Source of the DNA: a virus
Virus record (IMG/VR): IMGVR_UViG_3300005471_000012
Span: 27,149 to 91,148 of that record
DNA length: 64,000 bases
Direction: 5' to 3' (one strand)
The translations under genes were made by a program, and so were the position numbers. A model generated the notes under the pieces. The model was not told the DNA's origin and made no database searches. It saw only the letters and a program-made list of their open reading frames with translations. Shown piece after piece: positions 8,688 to 17,735 of the stretch. Position 1 is the first letter of the stretch. Each line of letters begins with the position of its first letter.

Positions 8688-9019
8688 CACATCGCCTCTC
8701 GTAGTGCGGCTACCGCCGCGTCCTTGTCGTCTGGCCTCACCAGCACCTCGCGGGGACCGGCCCCGTTGTCGTAGACGATCTTGCTCAGCCATTGCGTTGT
8801 GGCCAGGTGCCGGTCGCCGTGCTCGGTGAACTCGACGAAGTGGCGGCCGATGCGGGCGAGGACCGTGCCGTAAAGGCTGAACATCACGTGCTCGTCATCC
8901 CGCCACACGTGCACCGTGGTGCCGATGTCGAGCGTGTCGTGACCCTCAATCCAGGCGGTCAGTCCTTCGTGCGTTAGCTCCGGCGTGTTCTCCGGCATCT
9001 TGAAAATGTACGGTGGCAT
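8687..9019 (-). CDS. hypothetical protein
   Basis: AGGAGG RBS before MPPYIF. Confidence 0.65.
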   Translation of the reverse strand: MPPYIFKMPENTPELTHEGLTAWIEGHDTLDIGTTVHVWRDDEHVMFSLYGTVLARIGRHFVEFTEHGDRHLATTQWLSKIVYDNGAGPREVLVRPDDKDAAVAALREAM

Positions 9020-9059
9020 CTGATTCCCTCCTGGCTGGTAGTGCGTTAAAGGGGCCGGG

Positions 9060-9302
9060 CTAGCCGCCCGTGATGAGTTCCGCGGCCTGGCCGAAGACCC
9101 TGAGTGCCTCGGCGTGACTGGTCCACGGGGTAAGCGCCCACTTGGCGCTGGCTTCGCGCTGACTGTCCCAGGCGACGACCTGGAACTCGCGCTCGCCTGT
9201 CGCGCTGCGCGGCTTCTCCTGGTCCTCAATGCGGATGTAGGCCACGTGGCGCGGGTTCAGTACCACACGGCCGTTGTCTGCGCTGAGCATGTTCCTGGCC
9301 AT
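9060..9302 (-). CDS. hypothetical protein
   Basis: AGGAGG RBS; TGATG coupling. Confidence 0.6.
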   Translation of the reverse strand: MARNMLSADNGRVVLNPRHVAYIRIEDQEKPRSATGEREFQVVAWDSQREASAKWALTPWTSHAEALRVFGQAAELITGG

Positions 9303-9544
9303 CAGCCCTCCTGGCTGCCGTCGGCGAAGGTGCGGGCCGCCTCTGCGAGGTGGGGAGCGCAGGCGTACTCGTCAAAGCCGCGCTCGCCCTGATGGCCGTG
9401 CGTGGCCGGGGAATCGCAGGTGGAGTTCCAGCCTGCCCCCGTGCGATCGGCGCGCCCGCAGAGCGGGAGGACCGGCGGGGCCAGGCCGGGGATCACGTAC
9501 CCGGCGGGCAGCGGCTGCCAGCCTTCCGGCATCTCGGTGGTCAT
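9302..9544 (-). CDS. hypothetical protein
   Basis: RBS and stop-start coupling. Confidence 0.55.
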   Translation of the reverse strand: MTTEMPEGWQPLPAGYVIPGLAPPVLPLCGRADRTGAGWNSTCDSPATHGHQGERGFDEYACAPHLAEAARTFADGSQEG

Positions 9545-9567
9545 GGGGGATCAGCCTTCCTGGCCGT

Positions 9568-10149
9568 TCAGGCCCGGGGTGCTTTCGCGGCGATCTCGAT
9601 GATGCGCAGCGCCACGTCGGGGGGCAGCCAGCGCAGTTCGAGGTTGACCGAGTCGGCCCTGTAGCCGATCCGCGCGTTCTTGCCCTGGCCAAAGTCCGCA
9701 TAGCTGGCGGACTGGTCATGGGTCGCCGTTGCGCCTGGCGCGATGCGCAGGATCTTCGCGGCGAAGGCGTCGCGCCGGCGGCGCATCTCCTCTTCCTCGC
9801 CCAGCTCGGCGTGGTACCCGGCAAGGATCTTCCGGTACTCGGGGAGCACCCGGCGTTCGATCTCGCGCGCGATCGCGTCGGGGCCGCGGGAGGCGGCGAC
9901 GGTGATCTCGACCCGCTTAAGCCGGGTTCCTGCGTGCCGGCCGGGAATGTACGGGTAGGTGCCGTGGATGGCGAGCCGCCCGGCTTTGCGGCCGGGCTCG
10001 ATGCAGATCCGCATGCCCTCGGGGCCGTCGGCCATGATGTTGTGCCGGTACTCTTTCGCCCACTCGTGGTCGACAGTCCACGTGCCCAGTGCGACCACGA
10101 TCTCGGTGCCGATAAAGTCCAGTTCGGCGCCTGTCACCCTGTCCCGCAT
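9568..10149 (-). CDS. hypothetical protein
   Basis: AAGGGAG RBS before MRDRVT; downstream of promoter P1. Confidence 0.65.
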   Translation of the reverse strand: MRDRVTGAELDFIGTEIVVALGTWTVDHEWAKEYRHNIMADGPEGMRICIEPGRKAGRLAIHGTYPYIPGRHAGTRLKRVEITVAASRGPDAIAREIERRVLPEYRKILAGYHAELGEEEEMRRRRDAFAAKILRIAPGATATHDQSASYADFGQGKNARIGYRADSVNLELRWLPPDVALRIIEIAAKAPRA

Positions 10150-10193
10150 GCTGCGTGCTCCCTTGGCTAGGTTAGGCTGTGCCCGATACTTCG

Positions 10194-10222
10194 ATGATAC
10201 GTCATCATCCGAATCTTGTCTA
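10194..10222 (-). promoter_or_regulatory. promoter P1
   Basis: TAGACA-agattcggatgatgacg-TATCAT. Confidence 0.7.
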
Positions 10223-10618
10223 GCCCAGCCTGGCGTAGACGTATTCGGCGATGACATCGAGCGCCGCCTCGTCCAGGGAATCCCGGCCCGGCCCGCGGAC
10301 GGGCTCCCCGCCGCACGCGAGCGCCTCGCCCTGCCAGCGGTCCCCGATCGGCACGACGTCGCCGATACGCGACGACTGGCCGTCCGGGACCACGCCATGC
10401 ACCGTCACGGGAATGCTGCCCCGGCCGGGCACGAAACGGCGGTCCGCGTAGGCGGGCAGGGCATAGCCGGGCGGGTCAGCTGCTACGGCCTCGCGGATGG
10501 CCGCCTTGCGGGCCTTCTGCGCATCAACCATGCGGCTGATCGCGTCCTGTTCTTCGGCGGTGTAGGGCCGGTCTTTGAATAGCAGGCCCATGAGCTGTTC
10601 CGTGCTGTTGATTTCCAT
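10220..10618 (-). CDS. hypothetical protein
   Basis: AGGAGG RBS before MEINST. Confidence 0.65.
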   Translation of the reverse strand: MEINSTEQLMGLLFKDRPYTAEEQDAISRMVDAQKARKAAIREAVAADPPGYALPAYADRRFVPGRGSIPVTVHGVVPDGQSSRIGDVVPIGDRWQGEALACGGEPVRGPGRDSLDEAALDVIAEYVYARLG

Positions 10619-10632
10619 GAGACGAGTTCCTC

Positions 10633-10860
10633 CTAGCTGCCCGGCCGGCTGGCCGTGGTCGGCGTGTCGCAGTAGCACGGTGCTAGCCGGCGCTTGCCTG
10701 GCTTGCCGTCCGAGCGGTGGTAGTGCGCTTCCGCCGGGTCCGGCTCATCGTCGTTGACCAGCTGGCCGCTCGTGTAGCCTTGCGCGGCCAGCTCGGCGAC
10801 CCGAGCCCAGTCAGCTTCGGTCGGCTCGCCGAAGTAGGTGATCTCAAACCCTGTGGCCAT
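10633..10860 (-). CDS. hypothetical protein
   Basis: AAGGGAG RBS; ARVAELAAQGYTSGQL motif. Confidence 0.6.
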   Translation of the reverse strand: MATGFEITYFGEPTEADWARVAELAAQGYTSGQLVNDDEPDPAEAHYHRSDGKPGKRRLAPCYCDTPTTASRPGS

Positions 10861-11079
10861 CGTCTTGCGCTCCCTTCGTGTCGTCTTCGCGGGCCAGGGC
10901 TAGCGCGGGCCCCGGGGTTGCCGCCGCCCGCTTTCGCTTCAGCACGTACCGCTTCCTGTGCCCCATCTTCTTCGTCAGCCGCTTCCGCTGCGGACCCGTC
11001 AGCCCGCCTTCCGAGCCGAGGGAATGGGTACGCACGCCGCCGGGCTGCGACAGGTAGTTGCGCCTGCGCTCGGCGTGGT

Positions 11080-11271
11080 TCAATCTGTTGCCGCCTTCCG
11101 CGCGCTGCTCGATGCGGATTCGCTGGCCAGCAGGGCTAGCGCTTTCCGCTCCCACTCGCCGCATGCGGCCGTGCCAGGCCTGAGCGACCGGGCGTAACGC
11201 GCCACCCCGGCCGCGGCCTCCTGGCGGCTAACCTCTATGACTTCGCCGCTGTCGGCGTCGTAGACCAGCAT
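11080..11271 (-). CDS. hypothetical protein
   Basis: GGAGGAG RBS; TGATG coupling. Confidence 0.5.
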   Translation of the reverse strand: MLVYDADSGEVIEVSRQEAAAGVARYARSLRPGTAACGEWERKALALLASESASSSARKAATD

Positions 11272-11416
11272 CACAGGACGTCTCCTCCGGCCCCGGGCAT
11301 GTGCTTGACGCACGCGATCACCCGGGCCCAGCTCAGGACGTTCGCCGTCCACATGCCGTACTGACTCACGCACCCGCACCGGAGGCGGCGCGTGGTGCCG
11401 ATCAGCAGGCGGGCCA

Positions 11417-11983
11417 TCACGCGCCGTCCTTGCTCTGCCCGGACGTCAGGCCGCACGGGCAGTGCGGCTCTACGTGCTGCCAGGGCTTGTCGCTCCGGGT
11501 CCGCTTCACCTTGCCGTTGTCCCAGAGGATGTCTTCGTCGCTGATCCCGGCACGCCAGGCGGCAAAGGACTCATCGTCGTGCACGTGGTGCTGCCCGGTC
11601 ATCCCGGCCAGGATGTTGGTGACGTGGATCAGCCCGTCGCCGTTGCGGGTACAGCAGAACGTCATCCGCGGGGCGAACGGGTCGTAGCGCGGCGTGATGT
11701 CTTTCGCCTGCCATGACTGCATGACCTGCCGTGAGGCTTCCCAGCGCGGATCGAGTTGCAGCCGCCCCGGGTTGCCGTGCTCGTCACCGCGGCCATACGG
11801 CCGGGTGAAGTCGCATCCGGTGGCCAGGAGCTCGGCGCGGAACTGCCGCGCTTCCTTCTGGTATTTCAGCGTCACCCCGGCGCTCAGGCCGGAGCCGTCG
11901 TGCACGACGCGCCACCCGGGCGCGGTACCGGGCGAGCGCCGGACGCTCAGCCCCCGGTCGGTGTCCTCTGGCATTCTGCTCAT
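11417..11983 (-). CDS. hypothetical protein
   Basis: GGAAGG RBS; downstream of promoter P2. Confidence 0.6.
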   Translation of the reverse strand: MSRMPEDTDRGLSVRRSPGTAPGWRVVHDGSGLSAGVTLKYQKEARQFRAELLATGCDFTRPYGRGDEHGNPGRLQLDPRWEASRQVMQSWQAKDITPRYDPFAPRMTFCCTRNGDGLIHVTNILAGMTGQHHVHDDESFAAWRAGISDEDILWDNGKVKRTRSDKPWQHVEPHCPCGLTSGQSKDGA

Positions 11984-12012
11984 CTGCCTTCCGTGGTCCA
12001 GGTCGCATCTTG

Positions 12013-12041
12013 ACGATACGCCATCATGCGAATTGTGTCTA
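12013..12041 (-). promoter_or_regulatory. promoter P2
   Basis: TAGACA-caattcgcatgatggcg-TATCGT. Confidence 0.7.
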
Positions 12042-12079
12042 CTGCGATCCGCGTTCCGTGTAGGTCGTGCAGGTTGTGT

Positions 12080-13324
12080 TTACGCAGGTAGCGCGAGCGG
12101 GCCGCGCGGCGAGGTTGTGTAGCTTGTGCGGGCCGGGATCTCCTCGACCTCGTCCGGGTCGGACATGTCCACGTCTGCGAGATCGGTGACAGTCCCCGCG
12201 GGGGCGCGGCGTTCCCATTCGGCCCGCAGCAGGGCGACGACGTATCCGCGTCCGCGTCGCTGGCCGACGATCCCGGTCCGCTGGCCGTGCTCCGGGGCGA
12301 CCTCGGCCATCATCATGGACAGGGCCCGGTCGGGCAGTGCTTCATACATCGGCTCGCCGAACCGGCGCATTTCGTCACGCAAGTCGGCGCCGAGCGCGAA
12401 CCCGTCGCTGACCAGCCCGGCCGGGATCATGATGTCGCTCGCCCGGCACATGTCCCTGAGAACGGTCTGCCGCGGGGTGAGCACAGGCTCGCTCGCCGCG
12501 TCCAGGGCGAGGTCCAGGAACGCGGCGAGGATGCGCCTCGGCCACATGCCGCCGGCGGCGCCGGCGATCGCGAACAGCGGCTCCCAGATTTCCCGCTTGC
12601 GGCCTTTCAGCTTCGGGTGCAGTCCGCGAGCGCGGAACGCCCGGATCAGCCCGGCGTTCTCTTTTGCCCATTGCCCGAGTGACGCCCGGTACTTGAGTGC
12701 CTGCGGGTCGTGCTCGCGGACAAGGTAATCCTCGGCCGGCTCGCCGGGGGCCATGGTGATCACGACACTCCGGGACCGGACGTCGTTGGGCACCGCGGCG
12801 CCGCGGCCGGCCATCGCCGCGGCGGCGAACACGTTGACGTCCTCCGCGACCAGGCTGGACGCGAAACTATCGGTCGCGCCGTACTTGTAGCCTTCGCGCA
12901 GCAGCGTGCCGAGCGGGTGAGTGGTGCCGGATCTGCCGGACCGGCCGAACACGTCGGACACCTCGTCCACGATGAACGTGGGGCGCTCGGGCTCGTCCAG
13001 TTTCGCGCGGACCGCATACCGGGTGCCCTTCCCGCCGGCCCAGGAGTTGCGTGACAGGTCACGCACCCTGGCCAGGGTCTCGGACTTGCCGGCTTCGGGG
13101 TCCTGGGACGTGATCAGCAGCCGCGGCGTCACCACGAAGCACGCCTCTAGCACGTGCGTGTGAGCGCACCATGCGGCGATCGCGTCGAGCTGCGCGGGAC
13201 TGGCGTCGATGAACCTGGCCAGGAATTCGCGGGTGTCGTCCAGGACTGAGGGGCCCGGCGCTACCGGGCCGGGCATGCTGGCGGGCGGGGCTGCCGCCGG
13301 CTCCCATGCGTGCCGTGTGTCCAC
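12080..13324 (-). CDS. P-loop NTPase-like protein, DUF3631-type
   Basis: AWCAHTH...TPRLLITS..PEAGKSET Walker A variant; TFIVDEV Walker B; R.RE.WEPL.AIA.AAGG.WP motif. Confidence 0.7.
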   Translation of the reverse strand: MDTRHAWEPAAAPPASMPGPVAPGPSVLDDTREFLARFIDASPAQLDAIAAWCAHTHVLEACFVVTPRLLITSQDPEAGKSETLARVRDLSRNSWAGGKGTRYAVRAKLDEPERPTFIVDEVSDVFGRSGRSGTTHPLGTLLREGYKYGATDSFASSLVAEDVNVFAAAAMAGRGAAVPNDVRSRSVVITMAPGEPAEDYLVREHDPQALKYRASLGQWAKENAGLIRAFRARGLHPKLKGRKREIWEPLFAIAGAAGGMWPRRILAAFLDLALDAASEPVLTPRQTVLRDMCRASDIMIPAGLVSDGFALGADLRDEMRRFGEPMYEALPDRALSMMMAEVAPEHGQRTGIVGQRRGRGYVVALLRAEWERRAPAGTVTDLADVDMSDPDEVEEIPARTSYTTSPRGPLALPA

Positions 13325-13438
13325 TGTTACTGCCTCCCTAGGGGTTGCTGAGGCAGGGCCGTCGCCCTGTCGCGCGCGCCCGGGGCTCGCACCCGGGATG
13401 CCGCTAAGTTCACGCTGGCCGCCCTGCGGCCCGTTCAG

Positions 13439-13750
13439 TCAGCCGTCGTCGCTGCGGAGTGCAGCCGCCCTGGCTCCGGCGGCGTCCTTCGGGGTGCGAA
13501 GGCGCACGGTCAGCCGGTAGGAGTACGGCGCGCTTTCCAGTTCGCGCCTGAGCGCTGCGTACTCACCCGGCACCGCGGGCCGCGTCCGGGACATTACGCC
13601 TGCTAGGTCCGCGGCGCCGTGCTGGCCGAAGTGGATGAATGACTCGCACATCGCCGGGTCGGGTGACGCGGGGAGGTATGGGAACAGGGCGATGACGTCG
13701 CCATCGGCAAACTTGCGGAAGATCACGACGGTGGCGCCCGGCTCGCTCAC
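13439..13750 (-). CDS. conserved phage hypothetical protein
   Basis: VIFRKF..GDVIALFP...SF.H.GQH.AA...EY..L.RELE pattern. Confidence 0.7.
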   Translation of the reverse strand: MSEPGATVVIFRKFADGDVIALFPYLPASPDPAMCESFIHFGQHGAADLAGVMSRTRPAVPGEYAALRRELESAPYSYRLTVRLRTPKDAAGARAAALRSDDG

Positions 13751-14037
13751 GACCGCACCGGCCCGTCAATGTCGTAGCCGAGCGCGGGGAACCACTCCGT
13801 CAGGATGTCCACCACGTCACCGCCCGGCCACCCGCCGTCGTTGCGCGCCTCCATGCTGCGAATGCGCGCCAGGAGATCGGTGACCTCGGGCGCCCGCTCC
13901 TGCACGGGCGCCCTGGCGGCCTCCTCGGCGAGCATGACCGCGATCTCCCGCACGCTCATGTCGTCACGGGACAGCGCCTCACCGAGCAGCCCCTTGAAGC
14001 GGTCAGCCAGGTTCTTCGGCCCTTTTTGTCGTGGCAT
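13747..14037 (-). CDS. hypothetical protein
   Basis: RBS; GTGA coupling. Confidence 0.6.
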   Translation of the reverse strand: MPRQKGPKNLADRFKGLLGEALSRDDMSVREIAVMLAEEAARAPVQERAPEVTDLLARIRSMEARNDGGWPGGDVVDILTEWFPALGYDIDGPVRS

Positions 14038-14085
14038 CGTCCTGATTCCCTTCTCTCGCTTGCCGTCAGCCCGAGCGTGGCGCGC

Positions 14086-14475
14086 TCAGCCGCGGGCCCA
14101 GTAGGTAACCCCGCCGAAATCGACGCTCGCGTAGTCCTGCTTGAGCGCATCGGCGTACGCCTGCCAGTCGACATAGGCGGACACGGAGCCTTCGTCCCGG
14201 CAGTCCCCGGTGTCGTCGGCCAGGTCCCGGGCGTAGTCCCCGAAATGCGAGTCGCGGATCAGGGTGACGCTGCCCGGCCAGGACAGCAGGCCGCTGCCTG
14301 CCAGGCCCCGGGCGTCGTCGCGCAACTCGCGCAGCGCGGCTAGTTCTTCCGCGTCCCAGTCCTCAAGGTCGTTGCCATGCCGCCGGAGTCCTTTCTGCGT
14401 GGTCTCCAGGTCGGCGATCCGTGCGTCAACGTCGGTGGCGTTAATGAAGTCCTCGCCGTTGTCGATCGCATCCAC
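14086..14475 (-). CDS. acidic ArdA-like antirestriction candidate
   Basis: Very Asp/Glu-rich; F.DYARDLADD...YVDWQAYADAL..DY resembles the ArdA C-terminal motif. Confidence 0.5.
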   Translation of the reverse strand: MDAIDNGEDFINATDVDARIADLETTQKGLRRHGNDLEDWDAEELAALRELRDDARGLAGSGLLSWPGSVTLIRDSHFGDYARDLADDTGDCRDEGSVSAYVDWQAYADALKQDYASVDFGGVTYWARG

Positions 14476-14561
14476 GTCCTTGCTCCCTTCCTTCGGTGGT
14501 CCTAGCGTGCATCCCAGCCCTGACGTGACCTGCTGACAGCGCCTCGCCGGCTGGGGGCGCG

Positions 14562-15008
14562 CTAGCGCCTTGACGCGATATGCCCGTCCAGGTCGGCGAG
14601 CAGCTGATTGCCGGCGCTGACCGCCTCGCGGAGCACGGCGAGAGCGGCGTCCGCGCCCCGCCCGGGCTCCTGGCCGCCGAGGTGCCGGATCTTGGAGTAG
14701 TAGGTGAACAGCTTGAGGCTCCCCGGCCCGTCCAGGTAAACCAGCCACGTGTAGCCGATCTCGCCTTCGCTGTCGTCGTCGTAGTCGAAAGCGATCTCGC
14801 CCGGCCCGGTGATCAGCCCGCTCGCCTTGGCCCCGGCGACGATGTCGTACGTCGTCGCCCCGCCGTCGTCCTCGTGCGGGTCATAGCTCGCGCTCAGTTC
14901 CAGCTCGGGTGCCTGGCTGGTCTCACCCGCGGACCGCGGCTCGAACTGCGCTACGGCACGGGCAAGCCATGCGGCGGCGCGCTTCTCGTCTAGCGTGAAT
15001 TCCTGCAT
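14562..15008 (-). CDS. hypothetical acidic protein
   Basis: GGAGGA RBS. Confidence 0.65.
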   Translation of the reverse strand: MQEFTLDEKRAAAWLARAVAQFEPRSAGETSQAPELELSASYDPHEDDGGATTYDIVAGAKASGLITGPGEIAFDYDDDSEGEIGYTWLVYLDGPGSLKLFTYYSKIRHLGGQEPGRGADAALAVLREAVSAGNQLLADLDGHIASRR

Positions 15009-15022
15009 TGCGGTGATCCTCC

Positions 15023-15487
15023 CTAGCGCTTGCGCTCAGCGCGCTTGATTGCCTGCCCGGCCGCCTTGAGGTCCGCGGCGAGCGCGGGCAGTTTCGCCGC
15101 CATGTCCGCCCGCGCTTCGGCGATCATCTCTGGCACCGGGTAGCCGGGGTCATCGTCAGGCATCCCGGCGATCATGTAATCCAGGTCGATCATGCGGATG
15201 CCGGTAACGTTGTCGTCCTCATCGGTCAGGGTGACCCGGCCGTGCTCCACCCCGCCGAGCACCTGACGGAAGCGGTCAAGGTCCAGCCCGGCCAGCCGCG
15301 GCGTCACGACAACGATCACGTACTCCCAGTCGCCGGCCCTGAACGCGGCCACCTGGGCCGGGGTGTAGCCGTCGCCTTCGGGCTCGCCCATCGCGTTCAG
15401 CGACTCGTCGGGCTCAAGCTGGACATGCCAGGTCAGTCCGGGCACGTCCTTGTCAGGTATGACCTTGCTCTTGATCACGTACGTCAC
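15023..15487 (-). CDS. hypothetical protein
   Basis: AF.AGDW.YV.VVV motif; GGAAGG RBS. Confidence 0.65.
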   Translation of the reverse strand: MTYVIKSKVIPDKDVPGLTWHVQLEPDESLNAMGEPEGDGYTPAQVAAFRAGDWEYVIVVVTPRLAGLDLDRFRQVLGGVEHGRVTLTDEDDNVTGIRMIDLDYMIAGMPDDDPGYPVPEMIAEARADMAAKLPALAADLKAAGQAIKRAERKR

Positions 15488-15490
15488 GGG

Positions 15491-16096
15491 TCAGCCTTCC
15501 TCGCGTAGCTCGCCGGTCACGTGCAGCGCCCGGCTCCTGGTAACGAATGCGTCGTCGTCACTTTCCGGCCAGCCGAGATAAGTGCCGTCCGTGTCGTGAT
15601 CGCACTCGTGCCACTGGTAGCGGTCCGGGTGTACGGCGACGCGGCGCAACATGAATGTCCAGTCAGCCCGCCATCCGGCTGTACCGAAGTCCGCTTGCCC
15701 GCGGTGCGGGGCATCCAGCCACGCGGGGTCAACCTCAATTACGGTGTAGACCAGCACGCCATCCTCGCGCCGGGCGAAGATCAGCCAGTCGTCGGCGCCG
15801 AGCACCCGGAGGATCGCGGGCGGCATCAGGCCAGCGGGGATCGTGTCGGCCCGCACGTCGTAGAAGCTGTCACCGTAGAACGGCAGGCAGCCGTCAGGCT
15901 CGCCCGCTGAGCTGCTCACAGCCGCCCGGCGGCCATGACGCTCGCCGGGCTTGTCCAGCCACCGCGTGATCGCGTAGCACCGGCCGCCCGTCTTCACGAC
16001 CATGCCCGGGGCGAGCTGTAGCGCGTCAACCGAGCGGTAGCGGATGCGGTCGACCTTGACGCCGAGCGCATCGTACTGGGCGGGCTTCCTGGTCAT
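15491..16096 (-). CDS. hypothetical protein
   Basis: ATGA coupling at MTRKPA. Confidence 0.6.
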   Translation of the reverse strand: MTRKPAQYDALGVKVDRIRYRSVDALQLAPGMVVKTGGRCYAITRWLDKPGERHGRRAAVSSSAGEPDGCLPFYGDSFYDVRADTIPAGLMPPAILRVLGADDWLIFARREDGVLVYTVIEVDPAWLDAPHRGQADFGTAGWRADWTFMLRRVAVHPDRYQWHECDHDTDGTYLGWPESDDDAFVTRSRALHVTGELREEG

Positions 16097-16551
16097 GACT
16101 GCCCCGCCTTCGCCGGCTCGTCGTTGTCGTGCGCGTTCGCCCACTTGCGGGCGGCGCTCTTGCTCGCGGTGTACTCGCTGACCCACGGGCACCGGGTGCA
16201 CCGGGCGTAGAACCCGGCGCGGTTAAGTACGATCTCGCAGTTGACCGTGGTGGCCACGACCGCGGAGCCAGGCCACGCCTGGCCCGCGGCATCCGCCGGC
16301 TCTTGCTCGTGCACGGTCAGCTTCACGGCGGCGATGTTCGCCCGGTAGCTTCCCCGGCGCGGCCGGTCATTGATCACGGGCATCCCCTCCAGCGTGATCC
16401 GCTGGCCCTTGACGGGTGCCTCCGTGAAAGACTTGAGGTAGGTCATGGTGACCGGCCCGGCGTCCCCGCGGTCGATCGTGACCGACAGGAACACGGAGCC
16501 GTGCGCAGTCGTGCGGCGCACCACCCGGGTAACCGTCCCGGTGATCGTCAT
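16093..16551 (-). CDS. putative OB-fold protein with a C-terminal CxxC..H Zn finger
   Basis: TITGTV...ITLEG beta pattern; CTRCPW...AH. Confidence 0.5.
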   Translation of the reverse strand: MTITGTVTRVVRRTTAHGSVFLSVTIDRGDAGPVTMTYLKSFTEAPVKGQRITLEGMPVINDRPRRGSYRANIAAVKLTVHEQEPADAAGQAWPGSAVVATTVNCEIVLNRAGFYARCTRCPWVSEYTASKSAARKWANAHDNDEPAKAGQS

Positions 16552-16778
16552 GTCTGCCGCCTCGCCCCGGCCTGCTTCTCGTAGAGCAGGCTGGCGACTT
16601 CATCAGCGCTGTCCATCGTCAGGCCAGCCGCATCGGTGATCAGTTCGATCAGCGCCCGGCTGTACTCGGGGTTGTCTTCGGCCGTACCGGGCCGCGCCAG
16701 CCCCGCGCTGTCAGGTCCCAGCTTGCGTGCCAGCCTGATCAGCTCACCGATGGTGACCCTGCGCGTAGTGTCGATCAT
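16548..16778 (-). CDS. hypothetical protein
   Basis: NPEY.RAL.ELI motif; downstream of promoter P3. Confidence 0.65.
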   Translation of the reverse strand: MIDTTRRVTIGELIRLARKLGPDSAGLARPGTAEDNPEYSRALIELITDAAGLTMDSADEVASLLYEKQAGARRQT

Positions 16779-16823
16779 GACCGTGTCCCATCCCTCTGGC
16801 TAGACTTCCGATCCCTACACGAC

Positions 16824-16852
16824 ACGATACGCCATTAGGCGAAACGTGTCTA
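16824..16852 (-). promoter_or_regulatory. promoter P3
   Basis: TAGACA-cgtttcgcctaatggcg-TATCGT. Confidence 0.7.
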
Positions 16853-16949
16853 CCTTTTAGCGTGCCGGATGCCTGCCGTGTTCACCGAACACACGCATGC
16901 TGAACGGCGGCGGCCTCGCGCGAGTGGGCTGGCGCCCGCGCGGGCAGCG

Positions 16950-16984
16950 GAAAGCCCCGCCCGGGGGCTGTCCGGGCGGGGCTC
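16950..16984 (-). terminator. putative terminator after the resolvase
   Basis: AGCCCCGCC stem pair followed by TTTC on the minus strand. Confidence 0.5.
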
Positions 16985-16999
16985 CTGGTGGCGTGGTGC

Positions 17000-17584
17000 C
17001 TAGCTGGCCGCCCTAGCCCGCGCTATCGTGCGGTACACGGTCGGCCGCGAGACGTCGAACAGCTCGGCCAGCTCGGTAATGTTGTGGCCGCCGGCCCGGT
17101 GCAGGGTGAGCAGGTGCGCTTGCCTGGTAGCGGACAGCTTGGGCGGCTTGCCCCTGAGGTGCCCTTTGGCCCGTGCGATGGCCATGCCCTCGCGGGTGCG
17201 CATGCGGAGCAGGTCGACCTCGAATTCGGCGAAGATCGCGAGTATGGCGAAGAACATCTTGCCCATCGGGTCGGCCGGGTCGTAGATGGTGCCGCCGAGT
17301 GAGAGTTTCACCCCGCGGGCCGTCAGGTCGTCGGCGATGTCCTGGAAATCGCGCACCGATCGCGCGAGCCGGTCCAGCTTGGGCGTCACGAGCGTGTCCC
17401 CGCTTCGCACGGCGGCTAGCGCTTTGCCTAGTTCCGGCCGGTCGCGGTTGGTGCCGGTTAGCCCGTGGTCCAGGTAGATGCGCCCGGGAGTCACCCCCAG
17501 GTCGCGGAGGGCCGCTTTCTGGGCGGCAAGATCCTGCTTTACGGTACTGCACCGGGCGTAGCCCGTAAGCGTGTCGTTTCCCAT
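17000..17584 (-). CDS. small serine recombinase (resolvase/invertase family) with C-terminal HTH
   Basis: GYARCST..Q catalytic Ser; RPEL; GDTLV..KLDRLARS; ELAELFDVSRPTVYR HTH. Confidence 0.95.
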   Translation of the reverse strand: MGNDTLTGYARCSTVKQDLAAQKAALRDLGVTPGRIYLDHGLTGTNRDRPELGKALAAVRSGDTLVTPKLDRLARSVRDFQDIADDLTARGVKLSLGGTIYDPADPMGKMFFAILAIFAEFEVDLLRMRTREGMAIARAKGHLRGKPPKLSATRQAHLLTLHRAGGHNITELAELFDVSRPTVYRTIARARAAS

Positions 17585-17589
17585 GCGGG

Positions 17590-17735
17590 GAGTGTACGGT
17601 AAGCGGGGCTGAGCGGTCAAATCCACCGTACACCCTATCTGAGACGGTCTTTCGGCAGGTCGGCACCTGACGGCAAGTGCATTTGGCGGCGTCCGCTGAA
17701 GGTTCCCCTACCGGACGCTTCGTAAACGGACATAC
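17590..17735. promoter_or_regulatory. putative res site
   Basis: Inverted repeat GTGTACGGT (17592-17600)/ACCGTACAC (17625-17633) plus further GTCCG/CGGAC half-sites immediately upstream of the resolvase. Confidence 0.55.

Noticed and set aside
13340-13435. Twister-sister ribozyme call
   Set aside because: A UGCGA loop is present, but I could not find the conserved GCUCA cleavage-strand motif; kept only as an unclassified structure
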